Assembly: GCA_002633005.1 (NCBI GenBank) | Contig: NMRA01000505.1 | Coordinates: forward strand, 12,453 to 76,452 | DNA length: 64,000 nt | Source of the DNA: Phoronis australis | Lineage: Eukaryota; Animalia; Phoronida | Direction: 5' to 3' | Part shown: positions 61,079 to 64,000 of the stretch, piece after piece | Numbering within the stretch: the first letter of the stretch is position 1 | Layout: each line of letters begins with the position of its first letter | Made by a program: the position numbers and the translations under genes | Notes under the pieces: model-generated | The model's database searches: none | The model's input: only the letters and a program-made list of their open reading frames with translations | Told to the model about the DNA's origin: nothing

Positions 61079-64000
61079 ATTTGCTAACTGGCCATCGCCA
61101 TTGTCTTGAAATGGAGAAAAGCTTAGCAAGGACAAGAGCTGGTATCAAGCAGTTTCACACGGGCATTGGTGACTGCCAAGGGAAGAAATTGCTCAGAGCA
61201 TTTTTAACAATTTTTAATTTAAGTTTTCAACAATACAGGGGGAAACATTTGCATGGTCCCTGGACTGTCAGGCACTCGTTGAGTATGTGTACTGTCTGCT
61301 CCAGTGCCCCAGTTCTTTCCTCTGCTCTGACTCTGCCTTGTCACCAATATAATGTAATCTTATGAGGGACATCCCATTGTTTGATTAAGTTAAAGTTAAC
61401 TAATTTATTTAAGCTATTTGACATCTGATGACATTGAAGTTCTGCCGCTTTATCAGCCCGTCAGCCTCTGGCTTTGTGCTGGATTCTTCTTCACAGTGAG
61501 AAATGTAACATGATGTCCTACATCCAAGGATAGCTTTGCATTTTTTCATAGGCCATTATTTACTACACCCCCTCTGTACAGCAATGGAATGCAGTCTGCT
61601 GTAAACTTTTTAAAATAAGTTCAAGCTATTATGGACACAAATGTTTAATGGATTATTTGCAAGATTGGGGGGTTGGGAAAAAATGAAATAATATCCTCCC
61701 TTTTAAGGGTGTAATGATGAATGGGTCATGTCTTTGATCTAATTAAGTTGTAAAGGTATGCCTGTATAGCCATATTAAGCTTGTGGTTTTAGATTATTTT
61801 TTACACTACACGTCACTAAATATTTTGTGTGCTTGCAACATGTCTCTGGCACTAATGGGCACATTATACTCTCAACTGCATTTGATTAGGTAGTAAGTTT
61901 GTTCATAGATTTTTGATGATAGTTTCAAACAACTAAACAGAAAGTGAGATTAAATAGGTCCTTACCCACAAGTCTGTGTGTTTAGTCAGATATACAAAAC
62001 TATGCATTTGCCAGTATTTTGAAGGAGAAAGTCTGTACAATTTGCTTTGTGACTTTATAATAATCTGCCATTAACTAGGTCAACTCTCCACATCTTATAA
62101 AATGTTCGTAAAACAGAAATTGCAATGTATATCTCTTGCAACATAATGACACCACTAATGTTAAAAACTCAGAAATGCTGTTAACAGTTTTCTATGTTAC
62201 CTTTTTCATTTTCGTATTAGGCAACATGTCATTTTTCTCGTACAAATCATAGATGCTGTTTTGGTAGCAGCCCCTCATGCAAAAGTGGAAAGTGTGAAGT
62301 TCAAACACTGTCCAGTGTTTGGGAGAACAGTGCATTTCTGACCTGTCTCAAAAATTGAGGTACACCCTGTGGAGCGCGGTGCCAATTCTCTTAAGTCCAG
62401 TGTTCTCCACAACTGTATGAGAACGCTAACAAATGTGTGAGGAGTCAGCAGCAGCTTATGTTCTCTGTAGTGCCTATTCACTTACATTTTGTGACACGTT
62501 GAGAATTTATTCTGGTTAGTGGGATATGGCCAGTTCTTGTGTGATTATAAACCAAGGTGATTTCATTGGTGAACCGGACTGAGAAGAGACACTTAGAGGA
62601 AAAGGTGATACAAGTGTCTTGATCAGTTCACTGCAGAGAACAAATACTACATGAGAATCGGCGAAACTCCGTGCAGAATACAGGGTAAGGTTATCCCAAA
62701 CCTTATTTAGTAGCCTCCATTCTAACTCGTACATCTAAAAAACTAAGCTTTGTGATCCAGTAAAAGTATATATTTTCTGAAAGGAAAAAGACCTGGGAAT
62801 ATAGAAATGTGTTTTGTATGTATGTATCATTATTACTGCGTTAAGACCTTTTTTAAGTCGAAATTTCATTTTTAAGAAAGGTACATTCATAGCAAAATAA
62901 CACCTCGGTCGATTGTGATGAAAACTTTTTTAAATGAAAACTTCACCAGTTACCTCAAAATTGCTGTTAGAAATGTTTGATTATTCCTTTTGTTTGGTTT
63001 CTATGAAAAATCAAATCGCACAACGTAAGGAATTTTTGTAAAAAAATAGAAGTCGTATTCATCTTTGTTACATTACGCAAAAACTAGGCCTTTTTATCGC
63101 AAATCTTAACATGGTTTTTGAGAGTGATGAATAAATATTAAACTGTTTTCTAGAACTCTTGTTCCTTAGTTCAAGTAAAATCGATTTGCCGAAGCCAAGA
63201 AAAAACCGATTAAACTGGGACGAGTGAAAATCTCAAAGTATTCGGCTAATTATTGGATGAAAACTTGTTTTCGGTGAATATAACCTTTACATGCATTAAC
63301 CATGTATGTTATTTCAACATTCAGTCGCAATGTCAACTGAATTTGCAGTGTATAATTAACTTAATTATCATTAAAACATACGGTCCTCAGCCACGACCGT
63401 TAGTGTTACTTGACCTATTTAAAAGTAGGTCACAGTTCACTGCCAATAACATAATCTGTGCCGGGAGACTGATACGAAACCAAGTAAGAAAGAGATAAAA
63501 AAGTAGAGTGGATGGTTAAAGCATGTCGTTAGCATGAGATCGAAACAGTGAAATGTCAATTTACTTATTGAATTTAGGAATTTGGGTGAGAATTTATCTC
63601 ATTTCACAACTTGCTGTGTTCATGCCCACAGAGATGTGAGGCGACTCGTAGCATTCGTTCTCAACAGTAATATACATGTAGATGCACAACTCCCTTAGGA
63701 TCAAAACTACATTTTGTCTTTGTTTTCCCCGGTATCGTTCTATCGTAAGTACATCTCGTTGACTTTATTATGGCGACTCGGTGGATGAAAGGACGGAGGG
63801 TACATACGAAGCTACTCTGTACCTGGCGGGAGATTTGATTTTATTGGCTGCCTTGTAACCTTTGACCTTGAATAAGAAGTAAACAAATATCCACACAGTT
63901 GTGTGGTCCCAAGGTGCTTCTGCTAAGTCTTTTTTCTCGCTGCAGGCTATAAATTTTGAATTTGAAGTTCTCTGAGAATGAAGATGAGATATTTTGCTAG

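Overview
Repeat-rich eukaryotic genomic DNA, probably from an invertebrate animal, in a draft assembly with single Ns at 18491 and 24493 and an 839-N gap at 43049-43887. The only clear host gene is a + strand, intron-rich RBMX/hnRNP-G-like (CIRBP/RBM3/RBMX family) RRM gene. Its visible coding exons are 16255-16375, 23947-24053, 31340-31419, 31663-31738, 31964-32548, 32701-32774 and 35073-35362; the exon completing the RRM is missing, probably lost in the gap at 24493. Most other sequence is non-autonomous or decayed TEs, often nested: Kolobok-like (TTAA TSD), TA-flanked TcMar-like, an ISL2EU-like THAP element, 5-bp-TSD hAT-like elements and MITEs, Helentron/DINE-like arrays, a solo LTR, a Penelope fossil and tRNA-SINEs, plus several minisatellites. 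Points of most interest: a ~3 kb perfect 20-bp array whose monomer is a MITE end plus its flank; a ~700-bp inverted repeat bracketing the start-codon exon; Helentron-like arrays with CTCF-like motifs about every 150 bp; a multi-level TE nest; and an antisense spliced hAT transposase relic in an intron. TE superfamily names are inferred from termini and TSDs, not from database searches. No clearly novel biological system can be demonstrated from the sequence alone.
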